Assembly (NCBI GenBank): GCA_040752575.1
Contig: JBFMGK010000046.1
Span: 1 to 58,325 of the forward strand
From: Candidatus Bipolaricaulota bacterium
GTDB taxonomy: Bacteria > Bipolaricaulota > Bipolaricaulia > UBA7950 > UBA9294
Reading direction: 5' to 3'
DNA: 58,325 bases
Part shown: piece by piece, positions 10,335 through 20,106 of the stretch
Numbering within the stretch: position 1 is the first letter of the stretch
How the letters are laid out: each line of letters starts with the position of its first letter
Program-made: the position numbers and the translations under genes
Notes under the pieces: model-generated
Told to the model about the DNA's origin: nothing
What the model saw: only the letters and a program-made list of their open reading frames with translations
Database searches by the model: none

Positions 10335-12011
10335 GTGAAGAACGAGAACGTCGCGAGGATTCTCACCGAGATCGCTGATCTGCTGGACCTGGACGGCGTT
10401 CCGTTCAAGCCCCGCGCCTATCGGCGAGCTGCCGAGGTTGTGGAGTCGCTACGCGAACCCATCGAGGACCTTGTTGCGGCGGGCGCGCACGCCGAGCTTC
10501 CCGGCGTCGGAGAGGCGATCGCGAAGAAGATCGCCGAGATCGTCCGTACCGGTCGCCTCGCCTACCACGATGAGCTGAAGGGGAAGCTGCCGATTGACCT
10601 TTACACGTTGACGCGCGTCGAAGGAGTGGGGCCGAAAACGGCGAAGCTCCTCTACGAGGCGTTGGGAGTCAGATCGCTGGCCGATCTTGAGATCGCAGCG
10701 CGCGAGGGCAAGGTTCGAACCGTGAAGGGCTTGGGCGAGAAGACCGAACAGAAGATCCTGCGGGGACTCGTAGAGGCGCGAGGCGTCGAGGGTCGCATCC
10801 TACTTGGGCTCGCGCTTCCGCTCGCGGAGCGGCTGATCGAGACCCTCAAGGCGACTGGTCTCTTCGTGCGGCTGGAGTACGCTGGCTCGCTTCGCCGCGG
10901 GCGCGAGACGATCGGTGACCTCGACCTCCTCGCAGTGAGCGAGGATCCCTCCGCGGCATCTGCGATCTTCGTCGGCCTTCCCGATGTCGCCGAGGTTCTC
11001 GCGCACGGGGATTCGAAAACCTCGGTGCGGCTCTCACGTGGACTCCAGGTCGATCTGCGCATCGTGCCCGAGCAGTCGTTCGGGGCGGCGCGCCAGTACT
11101 TCACCGGCTCGAAGGCTCACAACATCGCCCTGCGGAAGCTGGCCGTCGCAAGAGGCTGGAGACTGAACGAGTATGGGCTGTATGGGGCGGGCGATCGAAG
11201 GCTTGCCGGTGAGGAGGAAGACGGCATCTATCGGGCGCTCGAGCTCTCTCCGATTCCACCGGAGCTGCGCGAGGATGCCGGGGAGATGGACCTAGCCGCC
11301 CGCGGTGGCCTTCCGCGTCTTGTTGAGCCTGGCGACCTGCGCTCGGACCTCCACGTCCACACCGACGCGTCGGATGGCACCGCGTCGGTCGAGGAGATGG
11401 CCGCGGCGGCGCAAGCGCGCGGACTTGAATGCATTGCGATCACCGATCATGCGCTGTTCGCCGAAGTCGTCGGCGGGCATACTGGGGACACGCTCCTCGC
11501 CCAGGCGCGTGATATCGCCGCGCTCAACGAGAGACTGCGGGACTTCCGTGTGCTCAGCGGCGTCGAGGTCAACATCGGGCCCGACGGCTCGCTCGACATG
11601 CCGGATGGCGTGCTCGCGCAGCTCGACTGGGTTGTCGCGTCCGTGCACTCTCACTTTCGCCAGACGAAGGAGGAAATGACGGCGCGCCTTGTCCGCGCGA
11701 TCGAGAACGAGCACGTCGACTGCATCGCCCACCCGACCGGCCGCAAGATCGGCGAGCGTCCGCCGTACGAAGCAGATTGGGACGCGGTGTTCGAAGCCGC
11801 GGCTCGGCACGCCTGTGCGCTGGAAGTCAACGCCAATCCGATTCGCCTGGATCTCTGCGCCGACCTCGCGCGCCGCGCCATCCAGGCCGGCTGCAGGCTG
11901 GCGATCGGTTCCGACGCTCACTCCCCCGAGCACTTCGGCTTCCTGCGGCTCGGAGTCCTCACGGCACGCAGAGGTTGGGCCGAGCCGGGCGATGTCGCGA
12001 ATTGCGGGTGA
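10335..12011 (+). CDS. polX: DNA polymerase X with PHP domain
   Basis: RAYRRAA, GVGPKT, AGSLRRGRETIGDLD, QVDLR, FTGSKAHN, DLHVHTDASDG, ITDH, GSDAH. Confidence 0.95.
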   Translation: MKNENVARILTEIADLLDLDGVPFKPRAYRRAAEVVESLREPIEDLVAAGAHAELPGVGEAIAKKIAEIVRTGRLAYHDELKGKLPIDLYTLTRVEGVGPKTAKLLYEALGVRSLADLEIAAREGKVRTVKGLGEKTEQKILRGLVEARGVEGRILLGLALPLAERLIETLKATGLFVRLEYAGSLRRGRETIGDLDLLAVSEDPSAASAIFVGLPDVAEVLAHGDSKTSVRLSRGLQVDLRIVPEQSFGAARQYFTGSKAHNIALRKLAVARGWRLNEYGLYGAGDRRLAGEEEDGIYRALELSPIPPELREDAGEMDLAARGGLPRLVEPGDLRSDLHVHTDASDGTASVEEMAAAAQARGLECIAITDHALFAEVVGGHTGDTLLAQARDIAALNERLRDFRVLSGVEVNIGPDGSLDMPDGVLAQLDWVVASVHSHFRQTKEEMTARLVRAIENEHVDCIAHPTGRKIGERPPYEADWDAVFEAAARHACALEVNANPIRLDLCADLARRAIQAGCRLAIGSDAHSPEHFGFLRLGVLTARRGWAEPGDVANCG

Positions 12012-12328
12012 AGCCGCCGTGATGCGCTGCTCCAGCGAGGAGGAACGGGAATCCGGGCATCTGCGCAACGCAGAAGCGAGCGACACGGTACGTTGCTCCA
12101 GCGATGACGGACGTTGTGGGTGAAGCCGCCGGAGCGGATCGCAGCATGTCGGACCTCGCGAACGAGGCACTCAAGCTCCGCCCCTGAAAGGCGGCCTTGT
12201 CGTGGGGTGTCGTTCGCCCGGTTCCCTGTCTGTCCAGGGCTGCGAAGCGTGGGGTGTCTTCGGCTCCGCGGACCAATTATGCTGGTCCGTAGCTGCGGTC
12301 TGCGTCGGACGGCCGCGCTGAGGGGATC

Positions 12329-13756
12329 ATGACAGAGACAAGAGACCTCCAACAGGAGATGTTCCTGCAGCTGCGAGACAAGCGGCTGTTCGAGCAGGCA
12401 CGTTCGTACGCCTTCGAGTACTTGGACGGCGCCATGACGCGGGGCGTGTTCCCTGCTGATGCCGCGATCGAGAATCTGAGTCTCTTCGACGAGTCTCTCC
12501 CGCAGGCTCCTGCTCATCCGGAGGAGATCCTGCGCCTGCTGCACGAGTACGGCTCGCCGGCGACGGTGGCCCAGACAGGTGGACGGTACTTCGGATTCGT
12601 CTGCGGAGGGTCCGTGCCGGTGGCCATGGCAGCCAAGTGGTTGTCGGATGTGTGGGACCAGAATGCGGCTCTGCATGTCCTATCGCCGATGGCCTCCACG
12701 TTGGAGGCGACGTGCGAGAGATGGCTCGTCGACCTCCTCGACCTTCCGGAAGAGACGGCCGCCGGGCTGGTTAGCGGCACGTCCGCGGCGTTGCTGTGCG
12801 GTCTTGCCGCGGCCCGCAGCGAGCTTCTGTCTCGCCAAGGCTGGGACGTGAACGCGAGGGGACTGTTCGGGGCGCCGCTCTTGCGCGTCATCGTGGGCGA
12901 TCAGGCCCACGCCACGGTCCTCAAGGCGCTGGCTCTCTTGGGGCTCGGCAGAGAGCGCGTCGAACGCGTCGCCGTCGATGCCCAAGGGCGGATTGACGCT
13001 GCCGGGCTGCCGAAGCTCGACGATCGCTGTCTTGTCGTCGCCCAGGCGGGCAACGTCAACTCCGGCTCGTTCGATCCAATCGACGAGATCTGCCATCGCG
13101 CGCAAGCGGCAGGCGCTTGGGTTCACGTCGATGGAGCCTTTGGCCTATGGGCGCAGAGCTCGAGGACCCGAAAGAACCTCTCGCGGGGGTGCGAGAAGGC
13201 CGACTCGTGGTCGGTCGACGCTCACAAGACCCTGAACGCGCCCTACGACTGTGGGATCATCCTCTGTCGGCGCCGGGGAGCGCTCGTTACCGCGATGCAG
13301 ACGACGGCGTCATACATCCAGTACAGCGACAAGAGAGATGGGATGCACTACACCCCGGAGATGTCGCGGCGCGCGAGGGCCGTCGAGCTCTGGGCAACGC
13401 TGAAGGCTCTTGGACGAGATGGCGTCGAGCAGTTGGTCGACCGTCTGTGCGACCACGCCGCAGATCTGGCTGAACGTCTCCGCAGCCGCGGATTCCGGGT
13501 TCTGAACGAGGTCGTCTTCAATCAAGTGCTCGTCGCTTGCGACAGTGCCGAGCTGACCCAGGCGACGCTCGAGCGCATCCAGCGATCGGAAGATTGCTGG
13601 TGCGGCGGCTCTGTCTGGAGAGGCGAACCCGTCATCCGCGTCAGTGTCTGCTCTTGGGCCACGACGACCGAGGACATCGAGCGCACGGCGACTGCCTTCG
13701 TCGCGGCAAGAGAGACGGCTGCGTCCACCCTGGTGCACGGGCGCAGGCGAGCCTAG
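12329..13756 (+). CDS. PLP-dependent group II amino-acid decarboxylase
   Basis: RYFGFV, WVHVDGAFG, DSWSVDAHKTLN (PLP lysine). Confidence 0.9.
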   Translation: MTETRDLQQEMFLQLRDKRLFEQARSYAFEYLDGAMTRGVFPADAAIENLSLFDESLPQAPAHPEEILRLLHEYGSPATVAQTGGRYFGFVCGGSVPVAMAAKWLSDVWDQNAALHVLSPMASTLEATCERWLVDLLDLPEETAAGLVSGTSAALLCGLAAARSELLSRQGWDVNARGLFGAPLLRVIVGDQAHATVLKALALLGLGRERVERVAVDAQGRIDAAGLPKLDDRCLVVAQAGNVNSGSFDPIDEICHRAQAAGAWVHVDGAFGLWAQSSRTRKNLSRGCEKADSWSVDAHKTLNAPYDCGIILCRRRGALVTAMQTTASYIQYSDKRDGMHYTPEMSRRARAVELWATLKALGRDGVEQLVDRLCDHAADLAERLRSRGFRVLNEVVFNQVLVACDSAELTQATLERIQRSEDCWCGGSVWRGEPVIRVSVCSWATTTEDIERTATAFVAARETAASTLVHGRRRA

Positions 13757-14072
13757 GCCCTCGACTCGTCTTCGCATCGGCGCTCGGTCAAAGAGACCAC
13801 GCGTCCTCATGCGGAGGGTCACGTCGCCTGGCTTGCCGTCGCGGCGGCGATGGGACCGTGTCGCCGGCCGGCGTCGGTTGCCGAGTCCTCGCCCTCGTGC
13901 TTGATGCGATGAACCTGCGGCGTTCCGGGCTCCTGACGGACCGCCGCCATCTCATGACCGCATGGGCTTTCACGCCTCGCTGAGCCTCGCGACGCGTACC
14001 CGCGCCGCGGACGCGAAGATGCCAACGTCGGGGTTCACGCGCTAGAATCGGCGCAACGAGGGAGGGGGAGAG

Positions 14073-14552
14073 ATGAAGGTCGGGATCGTCGTCTACTCAC
14101 AGACGGGCAACACGCGGGGCGTGGGACAGAAGCTCAGAGAGGCGCTGATCGCGGCGGGGCACGAGGCCGTCTACGAGGACGTCCAGCTTGCACGTCCGCG
14201 CGAGGGGGGATCCAGGGAGTTCAAGCTCGGTCCGACTCCCCAGGTCGCGGGGCATGACCTCCTTGTGTTCGGCGCGGCCGTCGAGGCCTTCTCGCTGTCG
14301 CCCGTTCTCGCTCAGTGTCTGCGGAACATCGATTCGCTAGATGGCAAGAGGGTAGCATGTCTCGTGACTCAGGCCTTCCCTTATCGTTGGCTCGGCGGGA
14401 ACCGCGCCTTGCGCCAGATGCGCCGCCTGTGCGAGGCGAAGGGCGCCCGGGTCGTCGCAGGAGAGGTGGTCAACTGGATGGGCGCGGGGCTCGAGGCGCG
14501 CATCGAGCGAGCCGTCCGAAGTCTCGTGGCGGTCCTGGGCAACAGGGCCTAG
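14073..14552 (+). CDS. Flavodoxin-like protein
   Basis: IVVYSQTGNT FMN-phosphate loop; strong RBS. Confidence 0.85.
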   Translation: MKVGIVVYSQTGNTRGVGQKLREALIAAGHEAVYEDVQLARPREGGSREFKLGPTPQVAGHDLLVFGAAVEAFSLSPVLAQCLRNIDSLDGKRVACLVTQAFPYRWLGGNRALRQMRRLCEAKGARVVAGEVVNWMGAGLEARIERAVRSLVAVLGNRA

Positions 14553-14587
14553 CCACGCATGGCACGGGACCGAACGGGGAGTGAGAC

Positions 14588-15421
14588 ATGGATAGGGGAT
14601 TGACAGCGCCGCATCCGATCGAAACGATCAACATGGCGGTGTTCCTCGACTTCGAGAACATCGCGCTGGGTGTTCGCGAGGCGAACTACCCCGACTTCGA
14701 GGTCGACAAGGTTCTCGAACGGCTGTTGCTCAAGGGCAGCATCGTCGTCAAGAAGGCCTACTGCGATTGGGCGCGCTACAAGGAGTTCAAGAGCGCGATG
14801 CACGAGGCGTCGTTCGAGCTGATCGAGATCCCCCATGTTCGCCAGTCGGGCAAGAACTCGGCGGACATCCGGATGGTCGTCGACGCGCTGGACCTCTGCT
14901 ACACGAAGTCGCATGTCGACACCTTTGTCGTGATCAGTGGGGATTCGGACTTCTCGCCTTTGGTCAGCAAGCTGCGCGAGAACGACAAGCGTGTGATCGG
15001 CGTGGGGGTCAAGAACTCATCCGCCGACCTGCTCGTGAAGAACTGCGATGAGTTCATCTTCTACGACGACCTGGTCCGTCGGCGTCGGCCCGAGGTCAAG
15101 CCGCGCAAGCCTGTAGCACGAAAGTCGACGGGAAGCCGCGCGGCCAAGGCGGCGCCCGCGGCGGACGAGAAGAAAAGCGAGGCATGGTCTCTCGTCGTCG
15201 AGACCTACGAGGCCTTGGTCGAGGAGCGCGGCGAAGGAGACATCTGGGGCTCGATGATCAAGCAGGCGCTCAAGCGGAGGAAGCCCGGGTTTGCCGAATC
15301 CTACTACGGCTTCAGTTCCTTCGGCCAGTTGCTCGAGGAGGCGGGAGCGCGGGGCATTCTCGATCTCGAACGCGATCAGAAGTCCGGCGGGTTCATCGTC
15401 CGCGACGGGCGCATGCCGTAG
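14588..15421 (+). CDS. NYN-domain (LabA/DUF88) protein with C-terminal OST-HTH/LOTUS domain
   Basis: AVFLDFENI, GKNSADIRMVVDA, ISGDSDFSPL, PGFAESYYGFSSF. Confidence 0.92.
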   Translation: MDRGLTAPHPIETINMAVFLDFENIALGVREANYPDFEVDKVLERLLLKGSIVVKKAYCDWARYKEFKSAMHEASFELIEIPHVRQSGKNSADIRMVVDALDLCYTKSHVDTFVVISGDSDFSPLVSKLRENDKRVIGVGVKNSSADLLVKNCDEFIFYDDLVRRRRPEVKPRKPVARKSTGSRAAKAAPAADEKKSEAWSLVVETYEALVEERGEGDIWGSMIKQALKRRKPGFAESYYGFSSFGQLLEEAGARGILDLERDQKSGGFIVRDGRMP

Positions 15422-15525
15422 GCACGGCCGCGTCCCATCGGAAGACTGGTCGATGAGCCGGCCCCGAAGTATCCTCGCAACGTCAGACGACACCCAGGCG
15501 TGCTTCTCGGTGGGAAAGGAGCATT

Positions 15526-15633
15526 ATGTCGAAGTCGCAGGACATCAAGAAGGCATCGAATAAGAAGGCGCCGCAGAAGACGTTGAAAGAGAAACGTGCG
15601 GCGAAGAAGGCCAAGAAGGCCGAGAAGGCCTGA
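15526..15633 (+). CDS. 35-aa lysine-rich small protein (below ORF-track cutoff)
   Basis: GAAAGGAG RBS; MSKSQDIKKASNKKAPQKTLKEKRAAKKAKKAEKA; followed by hairpins. Confidence 0.75.
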   Translation: MSKSQDIKKASNKKAPQKTLKEKRAAKKAKKAEKA

Positions 15634-15662
15634 GGCAGCTTCCGGCGTAGCGCCGGGGCTAG

Positions 15663-15700
15663 AGGGGGAGGGCTCGCGCTGCCGCGCGGGCCCTCCCCCT
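15663..15700 (+). terminator. Strong GC hairpin after small ORF
   Basis: AGGGGGAGGGCTCGCGC-TGCC-GCGCGGGCCCTCCCCCT; U-tract short. Confidence 0.55.
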
Positions 15701-15864
15701 TGAAGTCGACCGGCAGGAAGCCAAAGGGGCACCGGGCAACGAAGTACGCGCGACCCGCGGCCCGGGGACGCGCGGCCCTCGCCACAGGGGCGCGATGCGT
15801 TGTCCCGGCTGGCCGCGACGGCATACGATGGGAACCGAGTCTCAACGGACCCGCGAAGAAGGCC

Positions 15865-16794
15865 ATGCTGACGTACTGCCGATACGAGAATGGGAAGCTC
15901 ACGTACGTCGACAGCCTGCAGGCGTGTCACGTCGTGCAGGCCGTCGGCCCGACGACCGTTGAACTCGACGCGTTGGCGGGCAGTCTCGGCGTACCGATGG
16001 ACTTTCTGACCGCGGCGACGGACCGCGACGAGAGACCTCGCTACGAGGCGGAGGACGAGCACAAGCTGTTCGTCATCCGGGTCCCGTACCACGACCGCCG
16101 CTCGGAGACGCCGTACGTCACGCTCGCGTTCGCCATCATCCTGACGCCGTCGCACATCATCACGGTCTGCGCCGAGGACAGCGCGCTCTGGGGAGAGATC
16201 CTCTCAGGTCGCGGGGCGTTGCCGCCGCCCGCCGACCGTCTGCGGTTCCTCTGCATGATCTTCCTCCATGCCGCACGGCAGTACCTGGCCTTCCTGAGGA
16301 GCATTCAGCACGAGTCCGACGAGGTTGAGCGTGCGATTCATCGGTCGATGAAGAACGAGACGCTGATTCGGATGAGCAATTTGCAGAAATGCCTCGTCTA
16401 CTTCACAACGTCGCTTCGGGCGAACGAGTCGATGTGGGATCGATTGCGGCGTCTCGCGGGCCGCAACTTGACCGAAGAGGAGGAGGACCTGCTGGAAGAC
16501 GTCCGCGTCGAGTTCGGACAGGCGCGAGAACTCGCTGACATCTACAGCAACATCCACACGGGGATGATGGACGCCTTCGCATCGATCATCTCGAACAACC
16601 TCAACACCGTGATGAAGTTCCTCGCGTCGATCACGATCATCCTGATGCTGCCGACGCTCGTCGCCAGTATCTACGGGATGAACATCCACCTGCCCTTCCA
16701 GGACTCCCCGCATGCCTTCTGGATCACCCTCGCCGCGTCGGTGGTCCTCTCGGCGATTGGGGTTGTCATCTTCCTGAGGATGAAGATCTTCTAG
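15865..16794 (+). CDS. corA: CorA-family Mg2+ transporter
   Basis: DERPRYE, ASIISNNLNTVMKFL, SIYGMN signature, two C-terminal TM helices. Confidence 0.93.
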   Translation: MLTYCRYENGKLTYVDSLQACHVVQAVGPTTVELDALAGSLGVPMDFLTAATDRDERPRYEAEDEHKLFVIRVPYHDRRSETPYVTLAFAIILTPSHIITVCAEDSALWGEILSGRGALPPPADRLRFLCMIFLHAARQYLAFLRSIQHESDEVERAIHRSMKNETLIRMSNLQKCLVYFTTSLRANESMWDRLRRLAGRNLTEEEEDLLEDVRVEFGQARELADIYSNIHTGMMDAFASIISNNLNTVMKFLASITIILMLPTLVASIYGMNIHLPFQDSPHAFWITLAASVVLSAIGVVIFLRMKIF

Positions 16795-16814
16795 CGGCGA
16801 AACGTGGGAGAGAG

Positions 16815-17567
16815 ATGAACAGACCTCGCGTCATCCTTTGTGGTCAGGCCTCCGTGGACGGGCGCATCACGCTGGCGCCCGACGTCCTCCTTCTGTTTGG
16901 CGATGAGCGCTGGCCTCATGCCTACGACCCGATGCGGCGCTGGATCGAGACGCATCGGCCACACGCCATGCTCGAGGGAAGCGGATCCTTCGTGGCCGAG
17001 GGCTCGGAGCCCTCGCCGCTGCCGCCGGCGGCCGAAGGCGAGCCTCTCGGAGAGGACTACCTGCCGGACGACATTGCGGCGCGTTCGGGGTTCTGCGGCT
17101 GGTTCGTCGTCGTCGACGGCCGGGGACGCGTCCGATGGGCGTACACGGGCGAGCCCGGGCGTGAGGCTCCCGGGTCAGAGGGGTGGCATCTTCTCGTGCT
17201 CGTCTCGAAGGTGACGCCGCGAGACGTCCTCGCGTACCTGCGGCGCGAGCATGTGCCCTACCTCGTTGCCGGCGAGGACCACGTAGACCTCGCGGCCGCT
17301 CTCGTGAAGCTGCGCGCGCTAGGCGTCGAGACGCTGCTCGTGACGTCGCCCGGCAAGCTAGGACACGCGATGTTGCGCGCCGACCTCGTGGATGAGATTC
17401 AGGTAGAGATCCTTCCGATCGCGATCGGTGGAGCGCGCACGCCGAGCCTGTTGGGCGGGCCGGAGCTAGGAGTCGGCCAGTCTCCTTGGCCGCTTGCCCT
17501 GCGGTCGGTCGATCGCCATGCAGACGGCCTCGTGATCCTGCGTTACGACGTGCTGCGAGCGTCGTGA
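16815..17567 (+). CDS. RibD C-terminal/DHFR-like reductase domain protein
   Basis: QASVDGRI, VVVDGRGR, DLVDEIQVEILPIAIGG. Confidence 0.85.
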   Translation: MNRPRVILCGQASVDGRITLAPDVLLLFGDERWPHAYDPMRRWIETHRPHAMLEGSGSFVAEGSEPSPLPPAAEGEPLGEDYLPDDIAARSGFCGWFVVVDGRGRVRWAYTGEPGREAPGSEGWHLLVLVSKVTPRDVLAYLRREHVPYLVAGEDHVDLAAALVKLRALGVETLLVTSPGKLGHAMLRADLVDEIQVEILPIAIGGARTPSLLGGPELGVGQSPWPLALRSVDRHADGLVILRYDVLRAS

Positions 17568-17672
17568 GACCCTGATGTAGGGGTGCGCCAAGGGTTCTCG
17601 TGAGGTCTCGAGCGATGCCGCCGAGCCGTCGGGACCGGAGGGCTTGGCGAAGTCGGCGTCCGCGAGCCGTGG

Positions 17673-18476
17673 ATGGAGGGAGCCTTGCCGCAAGACCTGC
17701 CGCCGCTTGACGCGCACGCGCACTTCGCCCCGACGTGCCGTTCCGAAGAACTGGACGGCCTTGGCGCTGCGTTGGCCTGTACGCTGTCGCTTGCCGAGGC
17801 TTGCGGCGCCCTGCTTCGCAAGACGCCTCATGTCCAGTGGGGCGTGGGTTGCCATCCCCGCCGGGTTGACGCACAGAGCTCGTTCGACCCGGACTGGTTC
17901 GGCGAGCTGACCGAAAGGACGCCACTTGTGGGGGAAGTCGGGCTCGACGCGCGCGGGTCCAAGGTGGCGATCGAAAACCAGCGGAGAGTGTTTCGGGAAG
18001 TTTTGCGATCTGTGGCGAGAAGACCCCGCATCGTCAGCATCCATTCGTACAGCGCGACGCGGCTCATCCTCGACGAGTTGCGGCAGACGCCGGTCGCGGC
18101 GCCGATCCTCCACTGGTGGACGGGGACCGCGGCCGAGACGCGCGAGGCCGTCGCGTTGGGCTGCTACTTCTCCGTTCACTCCGCAGTCGCACGGCGATCG
18201 ATCTTCCGCACCGCGGTTCCACCGGAACGCCTTCTCGTGGAGAGCGACCATGGTTGGGGCGATCCGCCTGCGGCGATCCCGTGCCGCATCGAGTGGGTCG
18301 AGCACCTCTTGTCGGCTCAGTTGGGGCGGCCGCGCGAGGACGTGCGGCGGCTGGCGTGGCGGAATCTGACGGGCATTGTGCGCCGGACCGAGACGCGCAG
18401 TCTCCTGCCGGCAGAATTCGCGAGACAACTTGATGAGTTTGGGCACCCAGACGAGGCTCCCGAACGCTTGCTGTGA
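17673..18476 (+). CDS. TatD-family hydrolase/DNase
   Basis: DAHAH, GCHP, VGEVGLD, SIHS, LHWWTG, LLVESD. Confidence 0.9.
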   Translation: MEGALPQDLPPLDAHAHFAPTCRSEELDGLGAALACTLSLAEACGALLRKTPHVQWGVGCHPRRVDAQSSFDPDWFGELTERTPLVGEVGLDARGSKVAIENQRRVFREVLRSVARRPRIVSIHSYSATRLILDELRQTPVAAPILHWWTGTAAETREAVALGCYFSVHSAVARRSIFRTAVPPERLLVESDHGWGDPPAAIPCRIEWVEHLLSAQLGRPREDVRRLAWRNLTGIVRRTETRSLLPAEFARQLDEFGHPDEAPERLL

Positions 18477-18793
18477 TGGACAAGCCCGGGGAGGCAAGGT
18501 CGATGGCCCGCGGAAGAGGGGATGTGTCGCTTGAGTCGCTGCCCAACATCGGCGTGGAAGTCGCGGCGCGCCTTCGCGAAGCGGGCATCGCGAACCCGAG
18601 TGAACTCGTACGCATCGGAAGCGTCGAGGCGGCGTACCGCCTGGCTCGTGCAAGACCTCTGGATCCGCCGTGCCGCAGCATGTTGTCGGGTCTGGAAGGC
18701 GCGATTCGCGGCGTTCGCTGGCACGCCATCCCGAAAGAGGAGCGCGATCGGATCTGGTCGGCGTACGAACGGAGGCTTGCTGCCCCGCGGTAG
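18473..18793 (+). CDS. TfoX C-terminal domain protein
   Basis: LESLPNIG..L.EAGI..ELVRIGSVEA..LEGAIRGVRW. Confidence 0.85.
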   Translation: MMDKPGEARSMARGRGDVSLESLPNIGVEVAARLREAGIANPSELVRIGSVEAAYRLARARPLDPPCRSMLSGLEGAIRGVRWHAIPKEERDRIWSAYERRLAAPR

Positions 18794-18805
18794 GGGGTGA
18801 CGAGG

Positions 18806-19327
18806 ATGGCAAGAAGAAAGACGTGGCGCGAGAAGCTTGAGGACACGAAGGATCTCCCGCGTGTCGTCGAGATCGACGAGCGGATGAGTCAGCGTTGGGG
18901 TGAGGGTACCTGCGTTATCCCGGCGCCGCGCGAGGTCGACGAGCTGATGCGCGCAGTTCCCGAAGGAGAGCTGACGACGATCAACCGTCTGCGCGAGATT
19001 CTCGCCGCACGGCACGGTGCGACGCTGGCCTGCCCCATCACGACAGGGATGTTCGCTCGCATAGCGGCCGAAGCCGCCGCCGAAGAGGAGCGCGGCGGTC
19101 GTCCGGACGTCACGCCGTATTGGCGGACGCTCAAGACGGGCGGCGAGGTGAATCCGAAGTACCCCGGCGGCTGCGAGGGCCAATCCGAGCGACTCGAAGC
19201 CGAGGGGCATTCTGTCGTTCAGAAGGGCGCGCGCTACTTCGTTGAGGGCTACGAGAAGCGCCTGGCTTGCCGCGAGTGCCTCTGCCCGGAAGCCAGTGCC
19301 TCTTCCCGGCAAGGACGAACGACATGA
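18806..19327 (+). CDS. MGMT/alkyltransferase-like DNA-binding protein
   Basis: VPEGELTT, CPITTG, TPYWR, QSERLEAEGH. Confidence 0.75.
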   Translation: MARRKTWREKLEDTKDLPRVVEIDERMSQRWGEGTCVIPAPREVDELMRAVPEGELTTINRLREILAARHGATLACPITTGMFARIAAEAAAEEERGGRPDVTPYWRTLKTGGEVNPKYPGGCEGQSERLEAEGHSVVQKGARYFVEGYEKRLACRECLCPEASASSRQGRTT

Positions 19328-20085
19328 CAGACCACAGCACGCCCCGCCTATACAGCGATCTTGCTTGGCTGTGGCCGTTGTGGGGCGATCCTGACGGCGA
19401 GTACGCCGAGTGGTGTGAGCACGTCGTCGCGATGATTGAGAAGCACGCGCGGCGCGAGGTGAAAACGCTCCTCAACCTCGGCTGCGGCGGCGGCAAGAAC
19501 GCCTACAACCTGAAGCGCCGCTATCGCGTCACCGGACTCGATCTCTCGAAGCACATGCTGGCCAACGCGCGCAAACTCAACCCCGACATCGAGCTTGTGC
19601 AGGGCGACATGCGCGAGTTCTCACTTCCGGGCAAGTTCGACGCGATCCTGATCGACGATGCCGTTGCGTACATGACGTCGCGCGAGGATCTCGGGCGGCT
19701 CTTTCGTGCAGCCTACCGCCACCTTGAGCCCGGCGGCGTGATGATCGTCTCGCCCGATGGAACCAAGGAGACGTTCGAGCAGAACGAGAGCCACATCACC
19801 CACGCTGAGGCGAAAGCGAAACCCGATGGCGTCGAGGTCGTATTCATCGAGAACAACTACGATCCCGACCCGGGCGACGACACCTTCGAAGGACTCATGA
19901 TCTACGTGATCCGCGAGAACGGCGCCCTGCGCGTCGTCGAGGATCTGCATACGCTGGGGATCTTCGCCGCCGACGTCTGGACTCTGCTGCTGCGCCAGGC
20001 CGGATTCGAGATCACCGAGGACTTCTGGCGTCCGGAGGCGGTCGCGACGTACATCTGCGTCCGCCCGGTCGGCGCCCCACCCTAG
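19324..20085 (+). CDS. Class I SAM-dependent methyltransferase
   Basis: LLNLGCGGG, TGLDLS, QGDMR, HLEPGG. Confidence 0.9.
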   Translation: MTDHSTPRLYSDLAWLWPLWGDPDGEYAEWCEHVVAMIEKHARREVKTLLNLGCGGGKNAYNLKRRYRVTGLDLSKHMLANARKLNPDIELVQGDMREFSLPGKFDAILIDDAVAYMTSREDLGRLFRAAYRHLEPGGVMIVSPDGTKETFEQNESHITHAEAKAKPDGVEVVFIENNYDPDPGDDTFEGLMIYVIRENGALRVVEDLHTLGIFAADVWTLLLRQAGFEITEDFWRPEAVATYICVRPVGAPP

Positions 20086-20106
20086 CCACTGCCCGAGAGG
20101 AACGCC

